From positions 32,001 to 96,000 of IMG/VR virus record IMGVR_UViG_3300034126_000020: a DNA stretch of 64,000 bases; one strand, 5' to 3'. The position numbers and the translations under genes are program-made. Of the stretch, positions 17,360 to 27,196 are shown one piece after another (position 1 is the stretch's first letter; each line of letters begins with the position of its first letter). The stretch comes from a virus. Taxonomy: Duplodnaviria; Caudoviricetes. Under the pieces are notes generated by a model. That model was not told the DNA's origin. It made no database searches and was given only the letters and a program-made list of their open reading frames with translations.

Positions 17360-18526
17360 TTATAAAACGGCAGGTGAACCCAGCGCAATGAAGTTACCTT
17401 CAAAGTCCAAGTAGTACGCCGTATAGTTCGGTCCTTCAGTGTTCTTGTACAGTCGACCCGGCGGCAACACAGCACTGTTGTTGGCCTTGCCTGCGTTGAC
17501 CCAAGTGCCGGAGGTGTTGTTCCAGCGCCAGACAGTCAGGTCACGGGTGTCGACGATGTCAGCCTTGGACGTAGGAAGTTTGTTGTTCTTCCAACTGGCC
17601 GCTGGCTGAGAGACCGATGCGTAACCGACAGCGCACTTGCTCAGGAAGAGAGCAGGCAGACTGCCCGACCATGCCACTGCGTTAGGCCATGCCGAACCAT
17701 CAGCACGTGTGCACGTGATCTCGATCAACCCCGAGACACTGCGCTTGGCGTTCAGCTTGATGCCCGGGGCAAGGTCTGCGCCATTGAAGCCCTGAGCAGG
17801 AATGCCCAGTTCTTTGACTGCCAGCACTTGCTGCCCTTGAGCAGTAGTCTGACCTTGGTTGACGATTACCAATAGCTTTGGAGTCTGCCCGTTAGCCACT
17901 TGTCCAAGGGCGTTCATGCCGCCGCCGCTCACCATGACAGTCACGGTGTGCTCTTTATCGCCGACCTTCTTGAAAGCCAAGACCATGCCGATGCCATCGT
18001 CGTCGTTGTTATTCGACTTCATGATGGTCTCGAACTCGTAGCTGTCAAAACGATCCTGACTGACAATGCCGATCACACTGACACTGTTGATGGTCGAAGC
18101 GATACTGTCAGTAGCGCTGTCGTACGACCATCCGTCCAGTTCAGCAGGTACGCTAGGAAAGAGTCCATTGGTGCCATGACTGAACCGAGACCATTTGTTG
18201 TAAACGGTGTCGAAAGAGACTGTACTGCTTTTGAGGTTGGCGATAGCGGTGTCATCCGCCGCCATGCGGATCTTGGTCAGTAGTTCGCCACTGACAAAAG
18301 ACATAGGTGTACCTTCTTCACCGAAGAATGGCAACTCACCTTTACGGCCGTTGATCTGACCGAGGTTCTCTTGCACGACTGCCGCTTGAACTTGAGCCAA
18401 CGTCTTACCGCCCAACATAGCCGCATCAGCAGCTTGTGCAGTGGCATCAAGCTTACTGGAAATCTTTGTACGAATTGCTTTAAGGATGCCATCAAATTTG
18501 ACAGCCAACTGCGATGGGGTAGCCAT
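17360..18526 (-). CDS. Putative tail-fibre/virion protein with lectin-like C-terminal domain
   Basis: N-terminus resembles the fibre genes at 37676 and 41036; NNNDDDGIGMVLAF resembles the DDD motif of TSP_C/ConA-like lectins; TTGTATGTA motif upstream. Confidence 0.6.
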   Translation of the reverse strand: MATPSQLAVKFDGILKAIRTKISSKLDATAQAADAAMLGGKTLAQVQAAVVQENLGQINGRKGELPFFGEEGTPMSFVSGELLTKIRMAADDTAIANLKSSTVSFDTVYNKWSRFSHGTNGLFPSVPAELDGWSYDSATDSIASTINSVSVIGIVSQDRFDSYEFETIMKSNNNDDDGIGMVLAFKKVGDKEHTVTVMVSGGGMNALGQVANGQTPKLLVIVNQGQTTAQGQQVLAVKELGIPAQGFNGADLAPGIKLNAKRSVSGLIEITCTRADGSAWPNAVAWSGSLPALFLSKCAVGYASVSQPAASWKNNKLPTSKADIVDTRDLTVWRWNNTSGTWVNAGKANNSAVLPPGRLYKNTEGPNYTAYYLDFEGNFIALGSPAVL

Positions 18527-18600
18527 TTGTCTGTCCCTGTTGAAAGACGGAGATACATACAATTACAAAAAATAAAAGGAGGGCCGAAGCCCTCCCGTTA

Positions 18601-18951
18601 TTATCTTGCACCGCTCCCCACCCTTTCAAGGCAGTTATGCTCAATCACTTCCTCGTAAGGCGTGTTGGCATTGAAGTCGCTTTCGAAGTACTCGTACGCC
18701 ATGTCGAGGCTGTACGGAAGGATGTCCAGATAGAGCACCCGTTCCATTCCCGACAGTTTGGTGTACCCTTCAACCCGCTCACGCACGTACTGAGGGTAAT
18801 CGAGTCCCGCAGTCTTGGCAGTGATCGCCATGTAAGCGTGTTGCTTCAACAGAGCGCAGTGAGCTGCGGTCATGATGAATTGAGGTTTCTCTTTCTCTTC
18901 AGCAGCGGCGGAGAAGATGCACAGCGACAACAATACCAATAGCCATTTCAT
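18601..18951 (-). CDS. Exported hypothetical protein
   Basis: Sec signal MKWLLVLLSLCIFSAAA; Cys pair. Confidence 0.65.
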   Translation of the reverse strand: MKWLLVLLSLCIFSAAAEEKEKPQFIMTAAHCALLKQHAYMAITAKTAGLDYPQYVRERVEGYTKLSGMERVLYLDILPYSLDMAYEYFESDFNANTPYEEVIEHNCLERVGSGAR

Positions 18952-18958
18952 GATTGAG

Positions 18959-19477
18959 TTACCCTGGGTGTTTCTCGTAGGTGTTGAAGACCAGTCGGTT
19001 ATCGACGTAAGAGGTCTCTACACACTTGTAACCATTCCAGACAGGATCTTCATCCTCTGGTTTGAGTACACGTGCCAACTTGCCTTCAAGAGGATGGTTG
19101 AGGACCATGGTCCGATAGATGGTGTCAGCTTTACCGATGAGTTCATTGAAGATGCCAGCACCTCCGATGACAAAGATCTCTGTCATGTCGAGTTTACGGG
19201 CTTCAGCAAGAACCTGCTCGATGCTGTTCAGAAACTGTACGCTGTCCATACGGCCGAGACGAGGGAGACCTTTCCCGCGAGTCAGCACATAATGGAATCG
19301 ACCCGGCAACAGTCTAGGGAGGCTGTCGAAGGTGTCCATGCCCATGAGTAGCGGCTTGCCCTTCGTCAACTCCTTAAACCGTGCCAGGTCTTCGGGGTGA
19401 TGCCACGGAAGTGGATGGGGGCCGGCATAGCCGATCGCCCCATCTTCGTTCTGGGCATAGATCAGATTGATCTTCAT
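18959..19477 (-). CDS. folA: Dihydrofolate reductase
   Basis: LIYAQNEDGAIG..LPWHHPEDLARFKELTKGKPLLMGMDTFDSLP..LPGR, FVIGGAGIF. Confidence 0.93.
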   Translation of the reverse strand: MKINLIYAQNEDGAIGYAGPHPLPWHHPEDLARFKELTKGKPLLMGMDTFDSLPRLLPGRFHYVLTRGKGLPRLGRMDSVQFLNSIEQVLAEARKLDMTEIFVIGGAGIFNELIGKADTIYRTMVLNHPLEGKLARVLKPEDEDPVWNGYKCVETSYVDNRLVFNTYEKHPG

Positions 19478-19492
19478 GCCTAGTGCTGCTCC

Positions 19493-20101
19493 TTAAACGG
19501 TGGTTTCAACACCATCGACGACAACCTTGACATCAGGCGTCTTGACGTTGGCCTTCTCTTCGGCCTCTTTGCGCTCGCGCAGGATGCGGATCAGTTTCGA
19601 TGCATCCGGCTCGATGTAGAAGTTCAGCGAGGATTCGAAGATGGCGAACTGCTCGTCGTCTTTGAACACCACGATCACTTCCAGGCCGACGCCTTTACCA
19701 GCCGCTTGCCACTGACGCACGAAAGCATGAGTACGCTCGAACTTCTCGTACTCGCCGAGCACCACCTTGGAGACGGCAGTGGACTCTTTCAGGAACATGT
19801 CTTCGTCGATGCTGGCAGCGCGCAGGATGGCAGTCAGTTCCACCTGGCTACGACCGGGCAACGAAGTCCACGGCGATTGCTGGGGAGCGGTCAGACCGGC
19901 GAGGTACTGAGCCACGACTTCCGAATCAGCCCCGAGGGCCGACAGGTCACCGCGGTACAGGACCTTGGTCAGCAGGTTGTCGCGCTTGTAGTGAACGCGG
20001 ACGTTCTGGTTGCCATGGCCGGCTTTACCGGCGAGGGTCAGTTGAACGTCGTCGGTCGCCAGTGGCTTGAGCGCGTTTACGATGGTGTCAAAGATAGTCA
20101 T
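19493..20101 (-). CDS. Hypothetical protein
   Basis: 202-aa ORF with coupled start. Confidence 0.7.
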   Translation of the reverse strand: MTIFDTIVNALKPLATDDVQLTLAGKAGHGNQNVRVHYKRDNLLTKVLYRGDLSALGADSEVVAQYLAGLTAPQQSPWTSLPGRSQVELTAILRAASIDEDMFLKESTAVSKVVLGEYEKFERTHAFVRQWQAAGKGVGLEVIVVFKDDEQFAIFESSLNFYIEPDASKLIRILRERKEAEEKANVKTPDVKVVVDGVETTV

Positions 20102-20556
20102 CAGTAGGTCTTCTTCGGCAGGATGTTGTTGACATTGATGTGGTCGCCGTACTCACGCAGTTGCGTGTAGATGTAGCCGACGGCTTTGTGGTCATCGTCG
20201 AGGATCAGGAGCATCAGGCCTTGTTGTTCCTCAGGCGTGAGTTCCTGGATGACGTGGACTTCGTGGTTGTCGAAGTGACCGATCAGGGAGTTGACTTGAT
20301 CAGTACGCTTGAAGTGATCCGGGTTGGTGATAGCGCCTTCAGGCAGGTCGTACAAGTACTGACCAATACCCGGTGTCACACCCAGAGCATAGCGGTAATG
20401 CTCCGAGCGTGCAGCGGCCAGCAACACCATCGAGCGGACCGTGTCGACCACCATGGACTGGATACCCCAGCCCAATGCCTTGTTGTGATCCGGAGCCTTG
20501 GCAACGGCTTCAGTCACGGTGAGGGGGTGATCGAACATGATCATTTCATTGCTCAT
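20101..20556 (-). CDS. Hypothetical protein
   Basis: 151-aa ORF overlapping the ligase stop. Confidence 0.7.
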   Translation of the reverse strand: MSNEMIMFDHPLTVTEAVAKAPDHNKALGWGIQSMVVDTVRSMVLLAAARSEHYRYALGVTPGIGQYLYDLPEGAITNPDHFKRTDQVNSLIGHFDNHEVHVIQELTPEEQQGLMLLILDDDHKAVGYIYTQLREYGDHINVNNILPKKTY

Positions 20557-22579
20557 TGGTTTCTCCAGTTGCGGTGAGACCGTTATCGGTCGTCAGGATC
20601 GTGGTAAGGGAGTTGGGGTTGGTGAACTTGATCCCATCTTGGATGAAATGAAGTTCTTTGGCCTTCTTGACTTTGTCAGGTCCGGCACCTACGCCCGCAT
20701 AGAGGATGTCGGTGTTCTTGCTGACAGACTTCGTCAACTTACCACCCCGTGAGATCACGTCATCTTCCATTGCGCGTCGTGTCAAACCATCGAAGTCCGA
20801 CCCACTGACGACAACTGTCTTGCCAGCCAGGTCTTGGATCTCAGCTTTCGGGATCACCACATCGGTGTACGTAAAGACGGAGTCCAGAGCGTGCAGGTCA
20901 ACGTCGTTAGCAACGTAGGTCAGCATGATGCTTGTTGCTACCGCTGGGCCAACGTCGTCCACTTCCTGCAACGTCTTGAAGCTAGCCTTACCCAAGTCAC
21001 GGAAAGATGGGAATCGAGCTGCCAGAGCCCTTGCAGTGCTGTCCCCGACATCCGGGATGCCTACCGCGCGCAGCGCTTTGTAGAACGGCAGCTTCTTGCA
21101 ACGGTTCAGACCGGCGATGATCTTGTCCGTCATGGCTTCACCCAAGCCAGCGGCGTAGAAGTCCTGCTCACCCAAGTAGAACAATGAGCTGAACGACCCC
21201 AAAGACCCGACAGCAATCAAGGACTCGACCGCAGCAGGGCCAAGGTTCTTGACATCGATGCCATCACGGCTCACGAAGTACGCCATCCGGTTGATAAGCT
21301 GGGCCGGACAGTTGATCAGGTTGGTGCAGAACAGCTTCACCCCTTCTTCTTTGCCCACATCCCGCTTGGTCACCTTGGAACCACAGCACGGACACTCGGT
21401 CGGTGTGTGAATCAGACCGTGTTGATCCGTGCGCAGTGCCAGCACCACGCTTTCGATCTTCGGAATCACGTCACCACGACGAGAAACCACAACGGTGTCA
21501 CCGATCCGCAGGCCTAGACGCTCGATCTCTTCGAAGTTGTGCAGTGTGACACTGGAGATCGTGACCCCACAGAGCTTCACTGGACGAATCTTCGCTACTG
21601 GAGTCAACACCCCAGTCCGACCCACCTGCACATCCACACTTTCCAGCACGGTTGTGGCTGTCTGAGCCTCGAACTTGTACGCTGTCGCCCAACGAGGGGA
21701 GGTAGAGCGCTGTCCAAGGGTCTGACGTTCAGCAGGTTTGATGAGTTTGATCACCAAGCCGTCGATGTCGTGCCCTAAGTTCGGTCTGTCTTCGGTCACT
21801 TCTTCGATTGTCTCGATGATGTTACCGATGTCACTGGTCAACCCTTCCCAAACCGGCAAAGAGATGAAGAACTGAGACTGAACTTCCTCGCTGAAGAAGG
21901 ACATGGGCACTGAGATCGGTCCGGCAGCAGTATGGATGACCGCATCGTAGGCAATGAAACGAATTCCCATGCCTTGAAGCTGCGCACCTTCCTTCTTCCG
22001 GGCCAAACCGGCCACCATGTTGCGTGGATTGGCGTACACCTTCTTGCCCTGCGCTTCACGCAGCTCACAAACACGTTTAAAGTGCTTGTGTGGCACTACG
22101 GCTTCACCGCGGATCTCCACTTTGCCATCGTAACCCTTGAGTTCTTCTGGCACACCTTCGAAGTACACGGCATTTTCAGTGATGTCATCACCAATGTCGC
22201 CATCGCCACGGGTAGCGGCGTACTTCAGCTTGGTTTTGTTGTACAGCAAGCCAATTGCAAGGCCATCGTGCTTGAGTTCCATCTGCGCATACGCAGCATA
22301 ACCCAAACCGAGGCACCAATCTGTCAACTCTTCCTCGTTATAGACGTTACCGAGGCTGAGCATGGGCGTCAGGTGTTTGATCTTCTCAAACCCACCGTCA
22401 GAAACGGCCCCGACTTGGTTCAACGGCGACAACGGGTCGTCGGTTTCCCCTTCCAGCTCACGCAACTCAGCTTTGAGGGAGTTGTAGACTTCATCATCAA
22501 CGTCTGACTCCCCCTCGTTGTAGTAGAGGTGGTTCAGACGACTGATCTCTGCTCGCAGAGCTTCGATACGGTTGTCCAT
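20546..22579 (-). CDS. ligA: NAD-dependent DNA ligase
   Basis: HLTPMLSLGN, adenylation motif ELKHDG, EIRGE, NPRN, DIDGLVIK, PRWATAYKF, VGRTG, Cys4 zinc finger, HhH repeats and a BRCT tail. Confidence 0.97.
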   Translation of the reverse strand: MDNRIEALRAEISRLNHLYYNEGESDVDDEVYNSLKAELRELEGETDDPLSPLNQVGAVSDGGFEKIKHLTPMLSLGNVYNEEELTDWCLGLGYAAYAQMELKHDGLAIGLLYNKTKLKYAATRGDGDIGDDITENAVYFEGVPEELKGYDGKVEIRGEAVVPHKHFKRVCELREAQGKKVYANPRNMVAGLARKKEGAQLQGMGIRFIAYDAVIHTAAGPISVPMSFFSEEVQSQFFISLPVWEGLTSDIGNIIETIEEVTEDRPNLGHDIDGLVIKLIKPAERQTLGQRSTSPRWATAYKFEAQTATTVLESVDVQVGRTGVLTPVAKIRPVKLCGVTISSVTLHNFEEIERLGLRIGDTVVVSRRGDVIPKIESVVLALRTDQHGLIHTPTECPCCGSKVTKRDVGKEEGVKLFCTNLINCPAQLINRMAYFVSRDGIDVKNLGPAAVESLIAVGSLGSFSSLFYLGEQDFYAAGLGEAMTDKIIAGLNRCKKLPFYKALRAVGIPDVGDSTARALAARFPSFRDLGKASFKTLQEVDDVGPAVATSIMLTYVANDVDLHALDSVFTYTDVVIPKAEIQDLAGKTVVVSGSDFDGLTRRAMEDDVISRGGKLTKSVSKNTDILYAGVGAGPDKVKKAKELHFIQDGIKFTNPNSLTTILTTDNGLTATGETNEQ

Positions 22580-22593
22580 GGTTGACTCCTAAC

Positions 22594-23046
22594 TTACTTC
22601 GGGCTTACCAGCAAGCGAGCCAGTTGGAATACGCGCCGACCCTTTGTAGGATCGCCACGCTCGATGTCGACACTGAGGGCTACCAGCCGCGGAGACGTTA
22701 ACAGGTCATTGTTGACATGGCGTCCACCGTTGTAGTGCACCCTCCCATGTAATACCCAATGTTCATTTTCCTTTACAAACTCGATCGGCTGGAAGAGACC
22801 GATCTGCTTGGACTTCAGGTAACTGTAGATGTCACCGACACCCGAATTGCCCCAGTTACGCTTAGGCCAAGAAGAAAAGATAGGCAGGAAGTCATCCGGC
22901 ATCAACCGGCGGACCTCCTCATCACTCAACGACTCACAGCCTGGCACAACGACGCAGGTAATACTGTCGTGAGCAGGTGCGCTGTTGAATCGATCATGGG
23001 CATCAAAGATGGTGATCTCCTCGAACAGCTTTATTTGTCCCGTCAT
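22594..23046 (-). CDS. Hypothetical protein
   Basis: ATGA overlap with the upstream stop fixes the start at 23046. Confidence 0.65.
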   Translation of the reverse strand: MTGQIKLFEEITIFDAHDRFNSAPAHDSITCVVVPGCESLSDEEVRRLMPDDFLPIFSSWPKRNWGNSGVGDIYSYLKSKQIGLFQPIEFVKENEHWVLHGRVHYNGGRHVNNDLLTSPRLVALSVDIERGDPTKGRRVFQLARLLVSPK

Positions 23047-23393
23047 TTGATGTCTCTGGGGTTGAGGCACAGATAGTCCGTCTCACAACTCTCCTTGACT
23101 TGTTTCAGGAGCGCTGCACGGGCCTTCTTAGCTTTGATCGGATACTCGAACAACCGGATCTCAGCATCCTTGGCGTAAAGCCCGTTAAGGAGCTTACAGG
23201 GATGCTTACCGATGGCGAGCAAGGAAAGTTGTTTGTCTACTTCAGATGAAACGTTCTCGCTTTGGCCCAGATAGAAACGCCCAGTCGCTACATGCTCTAA
23301 CATGTAGCAACCTTGGTTAGTGGTATCGCTTCGTTTACTGCGGCCCGAGGAGGAGTGTAGCCATTTGACAACATTCACCAGGGCGTCAGTCAT
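23043..23393 (-). CDS. GIY-YIG-like domain protein, probably catalytically degenerate
   Basis: GCYMLEH..TGRFYLGQSENV...GKH; the conserved Arg after YxG is replaced by Glu. Confidence 0.55.
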   Translation of the reverse strand: MTDALVNVVKWLHSSSGRSKRSDTTNQGCYMLEHVATGRFYLGQSENVSSEVDKQLSLLAIGKHPCKLLNGLYAKDAEIRLFEYPIKAKKARAALLKQVKESCETDYLCLNPRDIK

Positions 23394-23394
23394 T

Positions 23395-23763
23395 TCAGGT
23401 CTCGGTTTTCATAAGGACGAAGGTCAGGCGTGGTTGGCCTTCCAGTGATTCGGTGATGAAGTCCACACTGCCATCAGGCTGAGTGAAGTTTTCACAACCA
23501 ACTGCCGTACGATAGGCGCCGTTCATGAAGAAGAATGTGCGCAGGAACTCCATCGCTACGTGATAGCAGTCGAAGTCAGGACCAGGACCCATCCAGCCTA
23601 CGTGGGAGCGGAACAGTTTGGCCTCACTGACATCGGTGGTGTACTCGAGCATTGGCTTACCGCCTTCACCGGCACCGAATGTCTTCATGTACTTCTTTTC
23701 TTCGCCTTTGGCTTGAAAGCACACGCGGGAGTTGTAGCAGGCTGGCAGATTGCTCTGTGTCAT
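23395..23763 (-). CDS. Hypothetical protein
   Basis: 122-aa ORF with AGGAG RBS. Confidence 0.7.
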   Translation of the reverse strand: MTQSNLPACYNSRVCFQAKGEEKKYMKTFGAGEGGKPMLEYTTDVSEAKLFRSHVGWMGPGPDFDCYHVAMEFLRTFFFMNGAYRTAVGCENFTQPDGSVDFITESLEGQPRLTFVLMKTET

Positions 23764-23773
23764 GGTGATACTC

Positions 23774-23983
23774 CTAAGCCCACTTGTCGGTGATGGCTTT
23801 CAGTTTGGCGCCCTTCATCACTTCCTTGTACGTGTCGACCTGCTTGAGCTGATCGAACCCCTTACGACACTCCAAGAGCGTACGGGCTTCTTCCGTGGAC
23901 AGAACTTCCCCTTTATTGACGCGCTCCAGCAGGTTGTTCAGGCTGCGCTGGATGTTGGTGATGTTTGCGTCGATGTCTGCCAT
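23774..23983 (-). CDS. Small helical hypothetical protein
   Basis: 69-aa ORF with GAG RBS. Confidence 0.6.
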   Translation of the reverse strand: MADIDANITNIQRSLNNLLERVNKGEVLSTEEARTLLECRKGFDQLKQVDTYKEVMKGAKLKAITDKWA

Positions 23984-24054
23984 GATAATCTCGATGATGG
24001 TGTACTGGTAGTTGTGCGGGAGGCACCCTGCCTCCCTGTTCTTGGTGTATTTGC

Positions 24055-24804
24055 TTAGCGGCAGAACTGCTCGTAACTGACCACTGGGGCTTTCTTCTTG
24101 GTGGCAAAGACGTACTGATCCGCTTGAGGCAAGATCATGACGCCACGTTCACCCATGTCGGCGAACTTGTTCCACCAGCTACCATCTTTGTTGATGCCCA
24201 CCACAGTGATCGGATCACCCTTGATGTCGATGATAGTCTTCTGTTCGATGTCCTTGTCCAGACGGAAGTGAACACCGAACAGCGAGCGTTCCAGATAGGA
24301 GAACTCACGTTTGCCAGTGATCTCGACGCCCAGCTTCTCGTCAACGAAAGAGCAGGTGCGGAAGTCCACCATACGTTTACCCGGCTTGGTAAATTCGTAA
24401 TAGCCGTACCCCGCAGCCCCCGCCACGAGTAACACGACTGCGCTGATGATCAGGATGTAAGTCCGGACCACGGCACGCTTTACCTTCTGCCCACGAGTGA
24501 GGACACGTTCACGAGCATTGGCACCTGGATCGCGCCGAACCATGAGTCGACGCAGATCAACGGAGTCAGTGCCTTCACGTTGCTCAGGTGGAAGAGTCGC
24601 AAGTAAACGCAACTTCTCCACATCAGACATCAACATCGCACCCGAGTTGGTCTGGGCGGTTGCTGGACAATCGTCAGTAGCATCGTGGTAGCTGTAAATC
24701 TCGATCAGGTTACCGTGTTCGTCTTTCAGTGTTTCCACCACAGGGCGACGTTCGGTCATGTCCAAAGAGTCACCTGGGTTAGAATCGTGGAGGTTGTTAC
24801 GCAT
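24055..24804 (-). CDS. Single-pass membrane protein
   Basis: Central TM YILIISAVVLLVAGAAGYGYY. Confidence 0.7.
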   Translation of the reverse strand: MRNNLHDSNPGDSLDMTERRPVVETLKDEHGNLIEIYSYHDATDDCPATAQTNSGAMLMSDVEKLRLLATLPPEQREGTDSVDLRRLMVRRDPGANARERVLTRGQKVKRAVVRTYILIISAVVLLVAGAAGYGYYEFTKPGKRMVDFRTCSFVDEKLGVEITGKREFSYLERSLFGVHFRLDKDIEQKTIIDIKGDPITVVGINKDGSWWNKFADMGERGVMILPQADQYVFATKKKAPVVSYEQFCR

Positions 24805-24920
24805 TACAGTTTCCCCTTACTTTCGGTTATGGTTGTAGTTCCACGATTATAATGTATTGCCTTATAATTTTTAATTACAATCGGGAAAGCGGCATAAAGG
24901 CGGGACTAGCCCGCCTATGC

Positions 24921-25331
24921 TCAACGACGATAGCCAAGATCGGCGTGTGGATCATCTTTCTCTGCCAAGCCTTCAAACACATTGCTGAAGCCTACTGGCA
25001 TGGAGGACTTCAACACCCGGACCTCGTCGTGACTGGGTTTAGGACGGGACATGAGCTTCTTCATCCAGTCCACGTTGAACCCGATGAACTCACGCTTGCC
25101 TTTGACCGAGAGTACGCCACGACGGACATTGAACCGGTTGGCGTAGCTCTTCATGTTTTCAACGGGACCGTTCAGGACAGCGATGAAGACCTCGTTCTCC
25201 AAGTCCGGCATGAGCAGATGAGGCAGGGCTTCGATCAGGTGGGTCTCGGTGATCCCTAACCCAGCAGCAATCGTTAACGCCTCGTCTTCAGAGTCGGCAA
25301 TGATGATACTGATACCGTTTTCATTACGCAT
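24921..25331 (-). CDS. Hypothetical protein
   Basis: AGGAG RBS before MRNENG at 25331. Confidence 0.65.
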   Translation of the reverse strand: MRNENGISIIIADSEDEALTIAAGLGITETHLIEALPHLLMPDLENEVFIAVLNGPVENMKSYANRFNVRRGVLSVKGKREFIGFNVDWMKKLMSRPKPSHDEVRVLKSSMPVGFSNVFEGLAEKDDPHADLGYRR

Positions 25332-25367
25332 TAGATTAACTCCTGAGAAATGTCTATCGGCATAAAT

Positions 25368-25510
25368 GGGCAGCATGAGTTTGAGCCCATGCTGCCCGGT
25401 ACAGGCGCCGTTGAAACGTATGCTACTGGCTCCCGCCGATGCTAAACCGTTTCGGGTTAAGCGTGTGCTGGATCACCCCCTCACTAGACAGAATCTACTG
25501 CCTGTACATA
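25368..25510 (-). ncRNA. Putative small structured RNA with its own promoter motif and terminator
   Basis: 8-bp closing stem GTACAGGC/GCCTGTAC (25399-25406 with 25500-25507) enclosing hairpins; TTGTATGTA at the 5' end; 10-bp terminator hairpin at 25368-25397. Confidence 0.45.
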
Positions 25511-25749
25511 CAATAGGATCGCCCTTATTAGTTTTTGGTTACGAGGGTAATGTATCGTTTGAGTAAAATCAAATCCACTATAAACAGGGGATACAGGCCA
25601 AGGCCTGTATCCCTTCCTTATTTGCTTTGTATCTTTTATAGATACCCCTAGGTATCCGAGGCAGCCAAATGATGTGTAGCTGCTCTCTTTATCTCATCTT
25701 GATTTATTGAGTGTCAGCCGCTCTTTAAATCCACTTCGGGTACCAAGAC

Positions 25750-26265
25750 ATGTCTGACATTTCCCTGCTTTCCAAGGACCAAGTACTTGCCTTGGTCAAC
25801 GAGCAAAACCCGGGTCTCAACCTGACGCATGAGAAAGTCACTTTCGGTGATCCTGTCGCAGCGTCTGGTGAAAACCCGGAACGTAACACTGAACTGGTCC
25901 TGACCGGTATTCCAGGCAAGGGCTTCAAGAACACGTCCACCATCCTCTACAACCGGATCGATCTGGCCCAGTTCGAAGTCCAGATCCCGTCGCAGATCCA
26001 AGTAGAAGGTGACGTCACCATCCAATCCATTCTGGATGGTTTCAACCTGTTCTACGGGGCCAACCTGCAACTGAACGACGTGCGTAGCGACCTCACGTTG
26101 CCAGGCGATCTGACCAGCACTCCTGAAGACTTCACCTTGATCGCTGCGGCAGGCTCGTACGCTTATCGCGGTCAGGTGGTCATCAGCATCCAGATGGCTG
26201 ACCAAGATCTGAACGCTGCTATCACCAAGAAAGTCCTGGATGGCTTGACGCTCTCCCTGAGCTAA
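25750..26265 (+). CDS. Virion/tail structural protein, paralog family (N-domain only)
   Basis: Shared motif LVNEQN..FGDP...NTE.....Y.RIDL. Confidence 0.75.
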   Translation: MSDISLLSKDQVLALVNEQNPGLNLTHEKVTFGDPVAASGENPERNTELVLTGIPGKGFKNTSTILYNRIDLAQFEVQIPSQIQVEGDVTIQSILDGFNLFYGANLQLNDVRSDLTLPGDLTSTPEDFTLIAAAGSYAYRGQVVISIQMADQDLNAAITKKVLDGLTLSLS

Positions 26266-26343
26266 TGGTGCTGGTAGTTGACCAGAACGCGCACTGGGGC
26301 TCTCGGGTCCCAGTGGCATTAGTCTCTTAACCGGGAAAGAATC

Positions 26344-27183
26344 ATGTCAATCTACAGTCAGTCGCCCGACCAGATGGTGCGCGAACTGATCAACAATGCC
26401 AACACCCCACTCGTACCCTTTTCTCCTCAGAACTTGACCTTCGGTAAACCGGCCATCGTGACGGGCAACCCTTTGGTCAACGCTACGGTGAATGTACGAG
26501 GTATCCAGGGTGAGGTCTACGCTGGTCAGCTTGCAATTTCGTACAACCGACTGGACCTTAGCGTCCTGTTCCGCGGTAACTACCGCCCAGAATTCACGGC
26601 ATTGGGTCAGTCGACTCTCTACCGTCTATTGCCTGAGATCAACAAGGCCCTCGGCCTGAACTTGACACAAAACGACTTGACTGACGTTGACCTCAAGTTG
26701 TTGGAAGAAGGTGATCAGGTCAACCTTGAACTACGTGCTAAGCCTGAGTCGTTGGCATTCACGGGTCTGGCCACTATTCTGTTCAACCGTCGTCAACTGA
26801 TGCTGACAGACGTTGTAGCAGTTGAGGCGTATGACGAGTTCAAACATGCCGACCCAGTCCTTGAGGGTTACCTCAGTGCTGGCTTGCTGACGTGGGGCCA
26901 GGATTTCACGATCATCGCCCAGTACCTGAAAGTGAACCGTTACGGCAACAACTACAAAGGTAGCTGGATCGACGAAGCCGGGCTCAGAGCAGGCCTGGCT
27001 CAGTATTTCGGCATCGAGAATTGGCCGAGGATCGACACGAGTGCAAACTCCAAGATGACGATCAGGGATTACGCCACGAAAGATCACCCGGATGCCAACC
27101 GTAACTACCAGCGGGTGGTGGTTCAAACCAGCCTGCGCAGCGACGGTTACTCCGGTACTGCTTTCTTCCACTATAACGCCTGA
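26344..27183 (+). CDS. Virion/tail structural protein, paralog family
   Basis: LINNAN..FGKP..YNRLDL..LF N-domain and C-terminal P.AN..Y.RVVV....G..FFHY. Confidence 0.8.
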   Translation: MSIYSQSPDQMVRELINNANTPLVPFSPQNLTFGKPAIVTGNPLVNATVNVRGIQGEVYAGQLAISYNRLDLSVLFRGNYRPEFTALGQSTLYRLLPEINKALGLNLTQNDLTDVDLKLLEEGDQVNLELRAKPESLAFTGLATILFNRRQLMLTDVVAVEAYDEFKHADPVLEGYLSAGLLTWGQDFTIIAQYLKVNRYGNNYKGSWIDEAGLRAGLAQYFGIENWPRIDTSANSKMTIRDYATKDHPDANRNYQRVVVQTSLRSDGYSGTAFFHYNA

Positions 27184-27196
27184 TCGGAGATGACCC

